A stretch of 64,000 nucleotides of DNA from Myxococcota bacterium. Lineage in GTDB: Bacteria; Myxococcota_A; Bradymonadia; UBA7976; UBA1532. Positions within the stretch are counted from its first letter, which is position 1. Every line of letters begins with the position of its first letter. The DNA lies in contig JAKLJY010000035.1 of assembly GCA_023150895.1 (NCBI GenBank), positions 1,301 to 65,300 on the forward strand. The letters are read 5' to 3'. This document shows positions 45,914 through 59,108 of the stretch, in pieces. A program made the translations under genes and the position numbers. The notes below the pieces were generated by a model. The model saw only the letters and a program-made list of their open reading frames with translations, did not search any database and had not been told where the DNA came from.

Positions 45914-47107
45914 GTGAACGCCGCCGATGCCAGCCCGTCCCCCGCCGTGGCCCCGACACCGCCTTTGCCGATCTACCTCGACAACGGGGGCACGACCGCC
46001 CTCGACCCCGAGGTGCATGCCGGCCTGTGTGCCCGCCTCGCCCTGCCCCTGGGCAACCCCAACGCCGCGCACGGGGCGGGCCGTGCCGCGCGGGAGATGC
46101 TCGAGACGGCGCGCAGCGACCTGGCGACTCTCCTCGGCGGCAAACCGGAGGAGGTCGTCTTCACCTCCGGCGGGACCGAGTCGATCACCCTCGCCCTCCT
46201 GGGCTGCACGCCGGTCCGTGCGGGGCGCGTGGCGCTCTCGGCGGTGGAGCACTCGGCGACCCGCACCGCCGCCGAACGCCTCGCCGCCCAGGGCATGGTG
46301 GTCGACGTCGTGCCGGTCACCCCCACCGGCCGGGTCACCCCCGAGGCCCTCGCCGCGACGCTGCGCCCGGATACGCGGATCGTCAGCCTGATGCTCGCGC
46401 AGAACGAGATCGGCACGATCTCCGACCTGGCCTCGCTCATCCCCGTCGCGCGGCGCCTCTCGCCCCGGGCCCGAATCGTCGTCGACGCGGTGCAGGGTTT
46501 CACCAAGGTGCCCGTCCGCCTCGCGGCGCTCGGCGCCGACTGCGTCGCGATCACGGCCCACAAACTCCACGGCCCGGTCGGCATCGGGGCGCTGTGGACG
46601 CGGGTCCCGCTCACGCCGCTGTTCAAGGGCGGCGGTCAGGAGCGGGGCTTGCGGGGGGGCACGCAGCCCGCGGTGCTCGCGTGGGCTTTCGCCGAAGCGG
46701 CCCGCCGGGCGTTCGCCGACGTGGACGCGAGCGCCCGCATGGCCGCCCTGCGCAATCGCCTCATCGAGGAGGTTCGCTGCCACCTGCCGGACGCGACGTT
46801 GACCGGCGAGCCCCCCGGGCCGACGCGTCTGCCGAACAACGCCCACTTCTGCATCCCCGGTCTGCCGAGCGAGCCTCTGATCAACGCGCTCGCGGCCGCG
46901 GGGGTCGCGGCCTCGGCGGGTGCGGCGTGCAGCACGGGCAAGGCCCGCATCAGCCCGACGCTGCAGGCCCTCGGTCGCCGCGCCGAGGACGGCGCCTTCG
47001 TCCGCCTCACGGTGGGCCGTTTCACCACCGAAGCGTGCGTCGTCGAGGGCGCCGCCCGCCTCGCCGCCTGCGTCGAGCCCCTGCGCCGCGCCTACGCCGG
47101 GCGCTGA
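45914..47107 (+). CDS. cysteine desulfurase (IscS/NifZ-like)
   Basis: IYLDN, GNP, FTSGGTE, NEIG, DAVQ, AHK.HGP (PLP Lys), SAGAACS. Start approximate. Confidence 0.9.
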   Translation: MNAADASPSPAVAPTPPLPIYLDNGGTTALDPEVHAGLCARLALPLGNPNAAHGAGRAAREMLETARSDLATLLGGKPEEVVFTSGGTESITLALLGCTPVRAGRVALSAVEHSATRTAAERLAAQGMVVDVVPVTPTGRVTPEALAATLRPDTRIVSLMLAQNEIGTISDLASLIPVARRLSPRARIVVDAVQGFTKVPVRLAALGADCVAITAHKLHGPVGIGALWTRVPLTPLFKGGGQERGLRGGTQPAVLAWAFAEAARRAFADVDASARMAALRNRLIEEVRCHLPDATLTGEPPGPTRLPNNAHFCIPGLPSEPLINALAAAGVAASAGAACSTGKARISPTLQALGRRAEDGAFVRLTVGRFTTEACVVEGAARLAACVEPLRRAYAGR

Positions 47108-47131
47108 GTTTCCTCGAGAGAGAGCCCCGTC

Positions 47132-48310
47132 ATGCACCCCGAACTTCTCATCGCGCGCTTCGGCGAGCTCTGGCTCAAAGGCGCCAACCGCAGCCAGTTC
47201 ACCGTGCGCCTCACGCGCAACGTCAAGGGCGCGCTCGCCGCCGCCGGCGTCCACGGCGCGAAGCTGCGGGTGGACGAGGCCCGGCTCTTCGTCGAACCCG
47301 CCACGCCAGACGACGTCCCGGCCGCCTTCGCCGTCCTGCGCGAGACCCCCGGCATTGCCAACGTCAGCGCGTGCGTGCGCGTCGAGAAGCGCCTCGAGGC
47401 GTTGGCGACGACCGCGGCCGCCCTGGCCCGCGCCACCTGGACCGAGGCGCCGACCACCTGGGTGTGCCGCGCGCGCCGCATCGACAAAGCCTTTCCGCAG
47501 AACGCACCGCTCATCGAGCGGACGGTCGCGGAGCAGGTCGGTCTCGCCATCGGCGACGCCTGGAAGGTCGACCTGCGGACGCCGAAGCGGACGATGTACG
47601 TCGAGGTCCTGCGCGAGATGGCCTGTGTCGCGGCCTGGAACGAGGACGGCATCGGGGGTCTGCCCGTCGGCACGGCGGGGCGGACGTTGCTGCTCCTCAG
47701 CGGGGGTCTCGACTCGCCCGTCGCCGGCTACCTTGCGCAGAAGCGCGGGTGCGAGCTCGAGGCCGTGTACTTCCACTCGCCCCCATTCATCGCAGAGGCG
47801 AGCCGCGAGAAGGTCACCGCCCTCGCGCGCATCCTCGGCACGCGACAGGGGGGGCTCGCCCTCCACGTCGTGCACTTCACGGAGATCCAGGAGGCGATTC
47901 ACACGTCATGTGATCCCAAGCTCACCGTGATCCTCTACCGACGATTCATGTATCGCATCGCCGACGCCCTCGCCGACCGTCGTGGCGCGCTCGCGCTCTG
48001 CACCGGCGAGAACCTCGGTCAGGTCGCGAGTCAGACGCTCGAAAATCTCTCGCTCGTCGACCGCCTCGCTGCGCGCATGACCCTGCGGCCGCTCATGGCG
48101 TTCGACAAACACGAGACCGTCGCGATCGCCCACCGCATCGGCACGTACGAGACCTCCATCCTGCCGGCGGAGGATTGCTGCACGTTGTTCGTCCCCCGCC
48201 ACCCGGCGGTGCGCGCGCCGTTGTCTTTCGTCGAACACCAGGAGAGCAAGCTCGACGTGGCCGGCCTCGTCGAGCGTGCGCTCGCGAGCACCGAGACGGT
48301 GAGAACGTAA
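47132..48310 (+). CDS. thiI: tRNA 4-thiouridine(8) synthase ThiI (no rhodanese domain)
   Basis: GEL.LKG.NR, THUMP domain, PP-loop SGGLDS, GENLGQVASQT, EDCC. Confidence 0.93.
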   Translation: MHPELLIARFGELWLKGANRSQFTVRLTRNVKGALAAAGVHGAKLRVDEARLFVEPATPDDVPAAFAVLRETPGIANVSACVRVEKRLEALATTAAALARATWTEAPTTWVCRARRIDKAFPQNAPLIERTVAEQVGLAIGDAWKVDLRTPKRTMYVEVLREMACVAAWNEDGIGGLPVGTAGRTLLLLSGGLDSPVAGYLAQKRGCELEAVYFHSPPFIAEASREKVTALARILGTRQGGLALHVVHFTEIQEAIHTSCDPKLTVILYRRFMYRIADALADRRGALALCTGENLGQVASQTLENLSLVDRLAARMTLRPLMAFDKHETVAIAHRIGTYETSILPAEDCCTLFVPRHPAVRAPLSFVEHQESKLDVAGLVERALASTETVRT

Positions 48311-49209
48311 TGTCATTCGCGGGCCTCGCCCGGGCCGCGCGAGCACTCGTGCTCGGGGTCGCCGTTTGCCCGGCACCCGCCGCTGCGTTGCCGCCGGCGC
48401 CGCCGAGCGCCGATCCCGCCCATCCCTGGCTGTCGACGTTGAGCGCCGAGGTCCCGCACGTCCCGCTCGCCACGCACTTTCGGCCGCCCGCGGGATTCGT
48501 GCCGGAGCCCGCGCCGGCCGGTTCCTTCGCTCGTTTCCTGCGAACACTGCCCGTCCGTCAGGACCGCCGCACCGTGCTCGACTTCCGGGGAGAGCCTCTG
48601 TTTCGCCCGGCCGCGGCCGCGGCCGTGATCTACCTCGACGTCGGCGATCGCGACCTGCAACAGTGCGCCGACACGGCGCTGCGTCTGTTCGCCGAGTGGC
48701 GCTGGCAGGCCGGACTCGCCGGTCGAAGCGCCTTTCACTTCACCTCCGGGGACGTCACGCGTTTCTCCGACTGGGTGAACGGCGAGCGCATCACCGCCGC
48801 GGGCCGGGGCATCACCCGCCGGGCCGGCGCGCGGCGCGCGGCCGACCATCGCAGCCACCGGGCGTGGCTCGATCTCGTCTTCCGGTACGCCGGCACGCGC
48901 TCCCTCGCCTTCGACACCGACGCCGTGCCGAAGGGCGCCCCCCTCGCCGCCGGGGATCTCTTCGTCGACCCCGGGAGCCCCGGGCATGCGGTGATCCTCC
49001 TCGACGTCGCGCGACACCCGGACGGCCGGTCGGCGGCGCTCGTCGGCCAGGGGTTCATGCCCGCGCAGGACCTCCACGTCCTCGGCGCCGACGCCCCCGT
49101 GGCCCTCGACGGGGTCTGGTTCATCCTGCCCGGACCCGACGGCGAGCTTTCGACGCCCGCCTGGCGCCCGTTTCCGCGGGCGTCCGCCAGACGCTTCCGG
49201 GGGACGTGA
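48310..49209 (+). CDS. DUF4846-like secreted protein
   Basis: Signal peptide; LR.LP, DVG.RDLQQCAD, GSPGHAV and FMPAQ motifs; TAATG coupling to thiI. Confidence 0.75.
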   Translation: MSFAGLARAARALVLGVAVCPAPAAALPPAPPSADPAHPWLSTLSAEVPHVPLATHFRPPAGFVPEPAPAGSFARFLRTLPVRQDRRTVLDFRGEPLFRPAAAAAVIYLDVGDRDLQQCADTALRLFAEWRWQAGLAGRSAFHFTSGDVTRFSDWVNGERITAAGRGITRRAGARRAADHRSHRAWLDLVFRYAGTRSLAFDTDAVPKGAPLAAGDLFVDPGSPGHAVILLDVARHPDGRSAALVGQGFMPAQDLHVLGADAPVALDGVWFILPGPDGELSTPAWRPFPRASARRFRGT

Positions 49210-49254
49210 CCCCACGAACTTGTCGGAGACCGCAGATCGCGTTAAGCCAAGGCG

Positions 49255-50277
49255 ATGACCACGCTCGCCGAGATGGCCCTGGCGCATGCCCTCCGAGACC
49301 GACTGCCCGCCCTGCTCGGGGGCGCGGTGACGCTGAACGCCCTCGCGCCCCTGCACGGCGGCTCCGGGCAGGAGAACTTCCGGCTCGACGTCGCGATCGA
49401 CGACGGTCCGCTCGCCGGCCGCCGGACATTCGCGCTGCGGGGAGACGCGCTGCAGCCCACGCCGAACGTCGTCTCCCGCGCCCTCGAGGCTGCGGTCATC
49501 GAGGCCGCCCTCGCGGCCGGCGTGCGAACGCCCCGCCTGCATGGCCTCTTGCCGGATCTGTTCGGCGTCGGGCTCGACGCCTACCTGGCCGACTTCGTCG
49601 CCGGCATCGCCCTCGGCCCGCGCATCGTGCGCGATCCCGCGTTTGCGCCGGCCCGCGCCCGGCTGCCGTTGCAGCTTGCCGAGGCGCTCGCCACCCTCCA
49701 CGCGCTGACGCCCGCGACGCACCCGGCCCTGCCGATCGATCGCGCGCCGTTCGAGCGCCACCTCGACCCCGTCGCGGCGGCCCTGCAATGGTTCGAACGG
49801 ACGCTCGACGCGCTCGACGCACCGCGCCCCGCGGCCGAATATGCGCTGCGCTGGCTGCGCCATCACCCGCCCGCGAGCCGCGAGATCACCCTCGTCCACG
49901 GCGACTTTCGCACGGGCAACTTCCTCGTGACCGAGCAGGGCCTCTCGGCCATCCTCGACTGGGAGAACGCCCACTGGGGCAACCCCCTGGAGGATCTCGC
50001 GTGGCTGACGCTGCGGGACTGGCGATTCGGGCAGCTCGACCTGCCGGTCGGCGGTTTCGGCGCACTCGAACCGTTCCTGGCGGCCTACGTCGACCTCAGC
50101 GGACGCCCCATTCGCCCGGCGGACCTCCATTGGTGGGCCGTCGCCGGCAACCTCCGCTCCGCGCTCTCCGCCGTCCACAACGGGCGGGGCACCCTCGAGA
50201 TCGAACGCATGGCGACGCCCCGCCGTGCGCCGGAGATGGAGTTCGAAGCCCTGCGCCTCATCGAGGTGGGCCCATGA
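49255..50277 (+). CDS. aminoglycoside-phosphotransferase-like (ACAD10/11 N-terminal type) kinase
   Basis: HGDFRTGN, LDWE.AH.G.P.EDL motifs. Confidence 0.88.
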   Translation: MTTLAEMALAHALRDRLPALLGGAVTLNALAPLHGGSGQENFRLDVAIDDGPLAGRRTFALRGDALQPTPNVVSRALEAAVIEAALAAGVRTPRLHGLLPDLFGVGLDAYLADFVAGIALGPRIVRDPAFAPARARLPLQLAEALATLHALTPATHPALPIDRAPFERHLDPVAAALQWFERTLDALDAPRPAAEYALRWLRHHPPASREITLVHGDFRTGNFLVTEQGLSAILDWENAHWGNPLEDLAWLTLRDWRFGQLDLPVGGFGALEPFLAAYVDLSGRPIRPADLHWWAVAGNLRSALSAVHNGRGTLEIERMATPRRAPEMEFEALRLIEVGP

Positions 50278-50669
50278 ACGAGAAGCCGACCATCCCCGAG
50301 CTGCTCCGAGCCGCCGCGCTCCTCCTCGAGGAGCGGGTCGTCGAACGCGTCGCCGCCGATGCACCGCTCGCGTTCCGGCTGCGCGTCGTCACGCATGTCC
50401 TCGAGGCGGCCGCCGCCGAGCTCGACGAGGGCCCGGCCGTCGCCGCCGAGCGTCGTGAGAATCTCGAGCGCCTCCTCCACCGTACGGCCCCGCTCGAGGT
50501 CCTCGAATCAATGCTCGCGCGACGCCTCCGCACGGCGCCGGATCTCGACCCCGACGAGGATCGACGTATCCGGGGCTGCCTGCTCGGCGGGCTCCGCGCC
50601 GAACTCCGCCTCTATGCCCCGCGGTTCGACACGCGCCTGCACCCCGAGACGGCGCGAAGCGAGGAATGA
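50274..50669 (+). CDS. DUF6285-like protein (usual partner of APH-like kinases)
   Basis: ATGA overlap; MNEKPT..ELL.A...L...F..RV pattern. Confidence 0.65.
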   Translation: MNEKPTIPELLRAAALLLEERVVERVAADAPLAFRLRVVTHVLEAAAAELDEGPAVAAERRENLERLLHRTAPLEVLESMLARRLRTAPDLDPDEDRRIRGCLLGGLRAELRLYAPRFDTRLHPETARSEE

Positions 50670-50677
50670 CCGGATGA

Positions 50678-50758
50678 GAAGCGTTCAAACCGGGGGATAA
50701 CCCGTACCGAAATCTTGACAAACGCTTCCATATCCGCGATAAACACCCGCAACGCTTC
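50678..50758 (+). promoter_or_regulatory. putative promoter with three AACGCTTC operator-like motifs
   Basis: TTGACA at 50715-50720 and a weak -10 GATAAA at 17-nt spacing; AACGCTTC at 50721 and 50751, inverted copy at 50678. Confidence 0.5.
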
Positions 50759-50792
50759 TAGCAATGTGAGTTATTCGCCCGTGGAGAAGAGC

Positions 50793-50867
50793 ATGCACCT
50801 CAAGACGCTCATCGCGACCGTCCTGCTCGCCCTCTCGCTGCTTCTGCCCTACGCCGTCGGCGCCTGA
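50793..50867 (+). CDS. 24-aa hydrophobic microprotein MHLKTLIATVLLALSLLLPYAVGA
   Basis: GGAG RBS 6 nt before the ATG; G/C at nearly all third codon positions; a single hydrophobic helix; promoter-like sequence upstream. Confidence 0.6.
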   Translation: MHLKTLIATVLLALSLLLPYAVGA

Positions 50868-50900
50868 GACCCACGGCCGTGACGGGGGCCGGGCCCTCGC

Positions 50901-51947
50901 TCACGTCCAGTCGAGGATGACCTTGCCGCTCTGCCCCGAGGCCATGACCTCGAAGCCGGCCGCGTAGTCGTCGATCTTGAAGCGATGCGTGATGACCGGC
51001 GTCACGTCCAGGCCGCTCTGGAGCATGGCGGTCATCTTGTACCAGGTCTCGAACATCTCGCGGCCGTAGATGCCCTTGAGCACCAGTCCCTTGAAGATGA
51101 CGTGGTCCCAGTTGATGCCGGTCTCCTGCGGGGGGATGCCGAGCAGCGCGACCCGACCGCCGTGGTTCATGGTGGCGAACATCTGCCGCATCGCCGAGGC
51201 GCTGCCGGACATCTCGAGACCGACGTCGAAGCCTTCGGCCATGCCGAGCTGCCCCATGACATCCTCGAGTTTCTCGTTGGCGACGTTGATGGCCCGCGTC
51301 GCCCCCATCTTGCGGGCGAGGTCGAGGCGGTAATCGTTCACGTCGGTGATGACGACGTGCCGCGCGCCGACGTGGCGACAGATGGCCACGGCGAGAATGC
51401 CGATTGGGCCCGCGCCGGTGATCAGGACGTCCTCGCCGACCATGTCGAAGGACAGCGCGGTGTGCGCGGCGTTGCCGAAGGGATCGAGAAACGAGGCGAC
51501 CTCGTCGGAGACGGCGTCCGGCAGCGGGAACACGTTGACCGCCGGCATGGCGAGATACTCGGCGAACGCACCCGGGCGGTTCACGCCGACGCCCACCGTG
51601 TTGCGGCACAGGTGCCGCTTACCGGCGCGACAGTTGCGGCAGTGTCCGCAGGTGATGTGTCCCTCGCCGCTGACGCGCTGCCCGACGTGGAGGCCCGCCA
51701 CGTGACTGCCCACGGCGGCGATGACACCCATGAACTCGTGCCCGACGTGCATGGGCACGGGGATGGTGCGCTGCGACCAGGCGTCCCACTTGTAGATGTG
51801 AATGTCCGTGCCGCAGATGGCCGTCTTCTTGATCTGAATGAGGACGTCGTTGGGTCCGATGTCCGGGACGGGCACGGTGTCCATCCAGATGCCGGGTTCA
51901 CGACGACTCTTGACGAGGGCTTTCATCTTGCCGGTGGGGAGGCTCAT
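50901..51947 (-). CDS. tdh: L-threonine 3-dehydrogenase
   Basis: [28 protein letters not shown] and [14 protein letters not shown] motifs; next to kbl. Confidence 0.97.
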   Translation of the reverse strand: MSLPTGKMKALVKSRREPGIWMDTVPVPDIGPNDVLIQIKKTAICGTDIHIYKWDAWSQRTIPVPMHVGHEFMGVIAAVGSHVAGLHVGQRVSGEGHITCGHCRNCRAGKRHLCRNTVGVGVNRPGAFAEYLAMPAVNVFPLPDAVSDEVASFLDPFGNAAHTALSFDMVGEDVLITGAGPIGILAVAICRHVGARHVVITDVNDYRLDLARKMGATRAINVANEKLEDVMGQLGMAEGFDVGLEMSGSASAMRQMFATMNHGGRVALLGIPPQETGINWDHVIFKGLVLKGIYGREMFETWYKMTAMLQSGLDVTPVITHRFKIDDYAAGFEVMASGQSGKVILDWT

Positions 51948-52004
51948 GCTGCGTTCTCGCGTTGGACGTGCGGTTCAGGTTGGGGGACCCGGACGTGGGC
52001 CGCG

Positions 52005-53195
52005 TCAGGGGATGACTTTCAGGGCGCGACCGACCGTCGCGAACGCGGCGACCGCGCGCTCGAGATCGGCCCGGGAATGGGCGGCGGAGAGCTGCGTGCG
52101 AATGCGCGCGGCGCCCTGCGGCACGACGGGGTAAGAGAAACCGATGACATAGATGCCGTGGTCGAGCAGGGCGTTGGCCATGTCGCGGGCGAGGCGGGCA
52201 TCCCCCAGGAGGACAGGGATGATGGCGTGATCGCGCCCGAGCAGCGTGAAGCCGAGCTTGCCCATCTCGCTGCGGAAGAAGGCCTGGTTGTCGCGCAGGC
52301 GCGCGCGAAGATCGTCGCTGCGCTCGAGGAGGTCGAGCACGGCCAGGGACGTCGCGGCGATGACCGGCGCAAGTGTGTTGGAGAACAGATACGGCCGCGA
52401 ACGCTGCCGCAACCACTCGACGATCTCTTTGCGACCGGAAGTGTAGCCCCCGGACGCCCCGCCGAGGGCCTTGCCGAGCGTGCCGGTGATGATGTCCACC
52501 CGACCCAGCACGCCGCAGTGTTCGGGCGTGCCGCGGCCCTTCTCTCCCACGAACCCGACGGCGTGCGAGTCATCGACCATGACCAGCGCGTCGTGCCGGT
52601 CCGCGAGGTCGCAGATGGCTTTCAGGTTGGCGATGATGCCATCCATCGAGAACACGCCGTCCGTGGCGATGAGCTTGAAGCGGGCCCCGCGGGCGGCCTC
52701 GAGCTGTGCTTCGAGATCGGCCATGTCGTTGTTGGCGTAGCGGTATCGCTGCGCCTTCGACAGGCGAACGCCGTCGATGATCGAGGCGTGGTTCAGCGAG
52801 TCGCTGATGATGGCATCTTCCTCGCCGAGCAAGGTCTCGAAGAGACCCCCGTTCGCATCGAAACACGACGAGTAGAGGATCGTGTCGTCGGTGCCGAGAA
52901 ATGCCGAGAGACGCGCCTCGAGGGCCTTGTGGATGTCTTGCGTGCCACAGATGAAACGCACCGAAGACATGCCGTACCCGTAGCGCGGGAGGGCCGACCG
53001 CGCGGCGGCGACGAGGGCCGGGTGATTCGCGAGCCCGAGGTAGTTGTTGGCACAGAAGTTGAGCACGCGCTGCCCCCCGGCCACCGTGACGTTGGCCTGT
53101 TGGGGGGAGGTGATGACGCGCTCGGCCTTGTAGAGGCCGGTCGTGTGCAGCTCTTCGATCTGGCGGGCGAGGTGCTTCTGGAATGCGGCGTTCAT
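52005..53195 (-). CDS. kbl: glycine C-acetyltransferase (2-amino-3-ketobutyrate CoA ligase)
   Basis: [27 protein letters not shown] and RPYLFSN motifs. Confidence 0.97.
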   Translation of the reverse strand: MNAAFQKHLARQIEELHTTGLYKAERVITSPQQANVTVAGGQRVLNFCANNYLGLANHPALVAAARSALPRYGYGMSSVRFICGTQDIHKALEARLSAFLGTDDTILYSSCFDANGGLFETLLGEEDAIISDSLNHASIIDGVRLSKAQRYRYANNDMADLEAQLEAARGARFKLIATDGVFSMDGIIANLKAICDLADRHDALVMVDDSHAVGFVGEKGRGTPEHCGVLGRVDIITGTLGKALGGASGGYTSGRKEIVEWLRQRSRPYLFSNTLAPVIAATSLAVLDLLERSDDLRARLRDNQAFFRSEMGKLGFTLLGRDHAIIPVLLGDARLARDMANALLDHGIYVIGFSYPVVPQGAARIRTQLSAAHSRADLERAVAAFATVGRALKVIP

Positions 53196-53230
53196 GGCGC
53201 GCAAACCATACGCCGATCCCCGAACGGGGA

Positions 53231-54577
53231 CTACCGGAAGAAGACGGCCGTCGTGAGCAGGAAGAGCGGCACGAGCACGACGAGCGACCACCGCAGGTAA
53301 CCGAAAAACGACGGCATGACGACGCCGTTCTCCTCGGCGATGGCCTTGACCATGAAGTTCGGCCCGTTGCCGATGTAGGTCACCGCGCCCATGAAGACCG
53401 CGCCGCAGGCGATGGCCGCGAGCCGGAGCTCGGCACCGTGCCCGCTCGCCAGGAAGTCGGCCAGGTAGCGGCCGCCGTCCGCGGAGACGCCCGCCTCACC
53501 GGCCGCCGCCGCCGCGAAGGAGAGGTACGTCGGCGCGTTGTCGAGCACGCTCGAGAGCAGACCCGTCGCCCAGAAGTACTGCCACGGTTCGTGGAGGCCG
53601 AGGGCTGCACCGTGGGTGTTCAGCAGCTTCAGCGGCGCGATCATCGTCACGAAGATGCCCAGAAACAGCACCGCGACCTCGATGATGGGTCCGAAGCCGA
53701 ACTGATTGCGCACGACGATCTCTTTCGGGGTGAATTGCAGGCTTGCGACGGCAAGGACGAGCAGCATCCCCTCCTGCACGCCGAACGGCCAGGGCTCGCC
53801 CCCATTGAACCAGCCCTGCCCCTTGCCGAGCACGGCGGCGATGACCCCCCCGAGAAGCCAGAGATTGCGCCGCCCGTCGACCCCGATGGGCTCGTGCTGC
53901 ATCGCTTCTTCGAGCTGTGAGCCGGGGAGCTCGGCCTCCTCGCGCTGAAACACGCGCTGATCGTAGAGATTGAACGCCACCAACAGCCCGCCCACGACCA
54001 GGAGCCACTCCGGCCAGAGGCGCAGCGTCCACTCGAAGGGCACGCCCTTCAGAAACCCCAGAAACAGCGGCGGATCACCGAGGGGCGTCAACAGACCCGC
54101 GGTGTTCGACACGATGAAGATGAAAAAGACGACCAAGTGCGTCTTGCCCAGGCGTCGACGATTGGCCCGCAGGAACGGTCGGATGAGCACCATCGACGCG
54201 CCGGTCGTCCCGATCAGGTTGGCGAGCACCGCGCCGACGGCCAGCAGGGCCGTATTGCCCAGGGGCGTACCGTCGAGCGAGCCCCGGACGTAAATGCCGC
54301 CGGAGATCGTGAACAGGGCGCCGAGCAGACACAGAAACGACGCGTAGTCGAGCAGCGCGTGTTCGAGTTCGCGAACGGCCTGTGCGCCGTAGACGGCGAT
54401 GAGCGCGACCGCGAACCCCACGGCCAGCACGCCGCTGACGAGCGCCTTGTTGCGGTTGCTCTCCCAGAAGTGGGGCGCCCGCAGCGGCAAGAGCGCGATG
54501 CACGCGAGCAGCGCCGCGAACGGCAGCACGCTGTAGACGGGCAGCACCCGCCCGAGGTCGATCACCGTCGGTTCCAT
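53231..54577 (-). CDS. putative sodium:proton antiporter (ion transporter superfamily)
   Basis: Multi-TM; [26 protein letters not shown] and [12 protein letters not shown] motifs. Confidence 0.85.
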   Translation of the reverse strand: MEPTVIDLGRVLPVYSVLPFAALLACIALLPLRAPHFWESNRNKALVSGVLAVGFAVALIAVYGAQAVRELEHALLDYASFLCLLGALFTISGGIYVRGSLDGTPLGNTALLAVGAVLANLIGTTGASMVLIRPFLRANRRRLGKTHLVVFFIFIVSNTAGLLTPLGDPPLFLGFLKGVPFEWTLRLWPEWLLVVGGLLVAFNLYDQRVFQREEAELPGSQLEEAMQHEPIGVDGRRNLWLLGGVIAAVLGKGQGWFNGGEPWPFGVQEGMLLVLAVASLQFTPKEIVVRNQFGFGPIIEVAVLFLGIFVTMIAPLKLLNTHGAALGLHEPWQYFWATGLLSSVLDNAPTYLSFAAAAAGEAGVSADGGRYLADFLASGHGAELRLAAIACGAVFMGAVTYIGNGPNFMVKAIAEENGVVMPSFFGYLRWSLVVLVPLFLLTTAVFFR

Positions 54578-54584
54578 GATCGAT

Positions 54585-56555
54585 CTACAGATCGATCTGC
54601 ATGCCGAGCTCGACCACCCGCCCCGGCGGCAGGCCGAAGAAGGCCGTGGCACTCTGGGCGTTGCGCGAGATGAGCGAGAACAGGATCTTGCGCAGGCGCA
54701 TCATCTTGGCCGGGCCGGTCGTCAGGAGCGTCTCGCGCCCGAGGAAGAACGACGTCGTCTCCGGCGTCGTCTTGAGGCCGAGCAGCGTCGCCCGGGCCAT
54801 GATGTTGGGCACGTTGGGCGACTCCATGTACCCGTAGTGGGCCGTCACCCGATAGAAGCCCTCGCCGAGCGATTCGAGGCTGAGCTGGTCGCTCGGGTGC
54901 ACGTAGGGTCGGCGCTCGCTCTGAATGCTGAGCATCACCACCTGCTCGTGCAGCACCTGATTGTGTTTCAGGTGATGCAACAAGACGGGCGACGTCCCGG
55001 TGGGCGACGAGAACATGAAGACGGCCGTCCCCCGGACCCGGTGAGGTTGCGTGGCCTTGACGTCCTCGATGAAGAGATCGAACGGCAGGGTGCGCTTGTT
55101 GAAGCTCTCGGCGAGGATGCGGCGCCCGTCGCGCCATGTGAGCATCGTCGTCAGCAGCCAGAAGCCGATGACCACCGGCAGCCAGCCCCCGTCGAAGAAC
55201 TTCAGTGCGTTGGCACCGAAATAGAGCAGATCGAAGACAAGAAACAGACCGACGAGACCGGCCGCCTTCCACGGCGCCCAGCCCCACGCGAAACGCGCGA
55301 CGAAGAAGAACACCGTCGACGTGATGCACATGTCGATGGTGACGGCCAGGCCGTACGCCGCCGCCAGGTTGCTCGACGACCGGAACGCCACGACCAGGGC
55401 GAGACAGGCCGCCGCCATGACCCAGTTGACCAGCGGGATGTAGATTTGTCCCTCGGTCTCACCGGACGTGTGAATGATGTGCATCCGGGGCAGGAACCCG
55501 AGCTGAATGGCCTGCCGGGTCAGGGAGAACGCCCCCGAGATCAAAGCCTGAGACGCGATGACCGTCGCCGCGGTCGCCAGGCCGACCATCGGGTAGATGA
55601 GCGAGCGCGGGACCATGCCGTAGAACGGGTTTTCGAGGATCTCGGGGCCATGATTCGTCAACAGCAGCGCCCCCTGCCCGAAGTAGTTGAGCAGGAGGGC
55701 CGGCATCACGATGGCAAACCACGACAACTGGATGGGACGGCGACCGAAGTGCCCCATGTCCGCGTACAGGGCCTCGCCGCCGGTGATGCACAGCACCACC
55801 GAGCCGAGCACGATGAACCCTTTCATCTGATTCGCCTGGAAGAATTCGACGGCGAACAGCGGATTGAGCGCCGTCAGCACGTGCGGGTTCTGCACGAGCT
55901 GCACGACCCCGAGCACCGCAAGACACGAGAACCACACGATCATCACCGGACCGAAAACGCGCCCGATGCCCGCCGTGCCCTTCTTCTGGACGAAAAAGAG
56001 CCCGAGCAGGATGCCGCAGGTGATGGGCACGACGAACTTGTCCATGGCATCCGTGGCGACGCCGAGCCCTTCGACGGCCGAGAGCACCGAGATGGCCGGC
56101 GTGATGATGCCATCGCCGTACAGCAGGGCCGCGCTGAAGACCGCCAGCACGACGACGAAGCCGCGCAGCCGAGCCTTGACGCGCTGGTCGTTGGGCACGA
56201 GGGCGAGCAGGGCGAAGATGCCCCCTTCCCCGTGATTGTCCGCTTTCATGATGAACGTCAGGTACTTGACCGCCACGACGATGCAGAGCGACCAGAAGAC
56301 GAGGGAGAGCACCCCGAGAATGTTGGCCTCGGTGGCCGCCACGGCATGGGCGCCGTGGAAACACTCTTTGAGGGCATAGAGGGGGCTGGTGCCGATGTCG
56401 CCGTAAACGATGCCGAGGGCGGCGAGGGCGAGGGCGGCCGTACTGCCGTGGCCATGGGCCTCGGCGTCGTGCTCGGGGGGCGCGCTGGGGGGGGCGGCGT
56501 CGGGGGCGGCGCCGGGGGGCGGAGGAGAAGACGAGGCGGGGGTCGAATCGCTCAC
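54585..56555 (-). CDS. kup: KUP/HAK/KT potassium transporter
   Basis: GIVYGDIGTSPLY, GEGG.FAL, TPAISVLSA, EALYADMGHF, GQIYIP. Confidence 0.96.
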   Translation of the reverse strand: MSDSTPASSSPPPPGAAPDAAPPSAPPEHDAEAHGHGSTAALALAALGIVYGDIGTSPLYALKECFHGAHAVAATEANILGVLSLVFWSLCIVVAVKYLTFIMKADNHGEGGIFALLALVPNDQRVKARLRGFVVVLAVFSAALLYGDGIITPAISVLSAVEGLGVATDAMDKFVVPITCGILLGLFFVQKKGTAGIGRVFGPVMIVWFSCLAVLGVVQLVQNPHVLTALNPLFAVEFFQANQMKGFIVLGSVVLCITGGEALYADMGHFGRRPIQLSWFAIVMPALLLNYFGQGALLLTNHGPEILENPFYGMVPRSLIYPMVGLATAATVIASQALISGAFSLTRQAIQLGFLPRMHIIHTSGETEGQIYIPLVNWVMAAACLALVVAFRSSSNLAAAYGLAVTIDMCITSTVFFFVARFAWGWAPWKAAGLVGLFLVFDLLYFGANALKFFDGGWLPVVIGFWLLTTMLTWRDGRRILAESFNKRTLPFDLFIEDVKATQPHRVRGTAVFMFSSPTGTSPVLLHHLKHNQVLHEQVVMLSIQSERRPYVHPSDQLSLESLGEGFYRVTAHYGYMESPNVPNIMARATLLGLKTTPETTSFFLGRETLLTTGPAKMMRLRKILFSLISRNAQSATAFFGLPPGRVVELGMQIDL

Positions 56556-56562
56556 GATGAGC

Positions 56563-59001
<2,439 letters not shown>

Positions 59002-59039
59002 TTGTCCTCCACCCGGTTGGGCCTGCTAAAACGGCGGGG

Positions 59040-59068
59040 CTTATAGCCGCACTTGCTGCGCCCGGCAA
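59040..59068 (-). promoter_or_regulatory. putative sigma-70 promoter of hppA
   Basis: TTGCCG, 17-nt spacer, TATAAG; GGAGG RBS before the ATG at 59001. Confidence 0.6.
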
Positions 59069-59108
59069 GGCTTTGAGGCAGCACCACGGACGATCTTGTC
59101 GCGTCCCC

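Noticed and set aside
43625-47902. 1425-aa ORF suggesting a giant HemW fusion
   Set aside because: Only the last ~390 aa are HemW. The rest overlaps the aldo/keto reductase in another frame and the desulfurase and thiI genes in antisense.
45914-48310. Desulfurase-thiI pair as a DNA phosphorothioation or other novel sulfur system
   Set aside because: It matches the known NifZ-ThiI arrangement for tRNA s4U; no dnd or ssp genes are present.
49255-50277. Aminoglycoside resistance gene
   Set aside because: The motifs and the DUF6285-like partner indicate the ACAD10/11-type metabolic kinase family.
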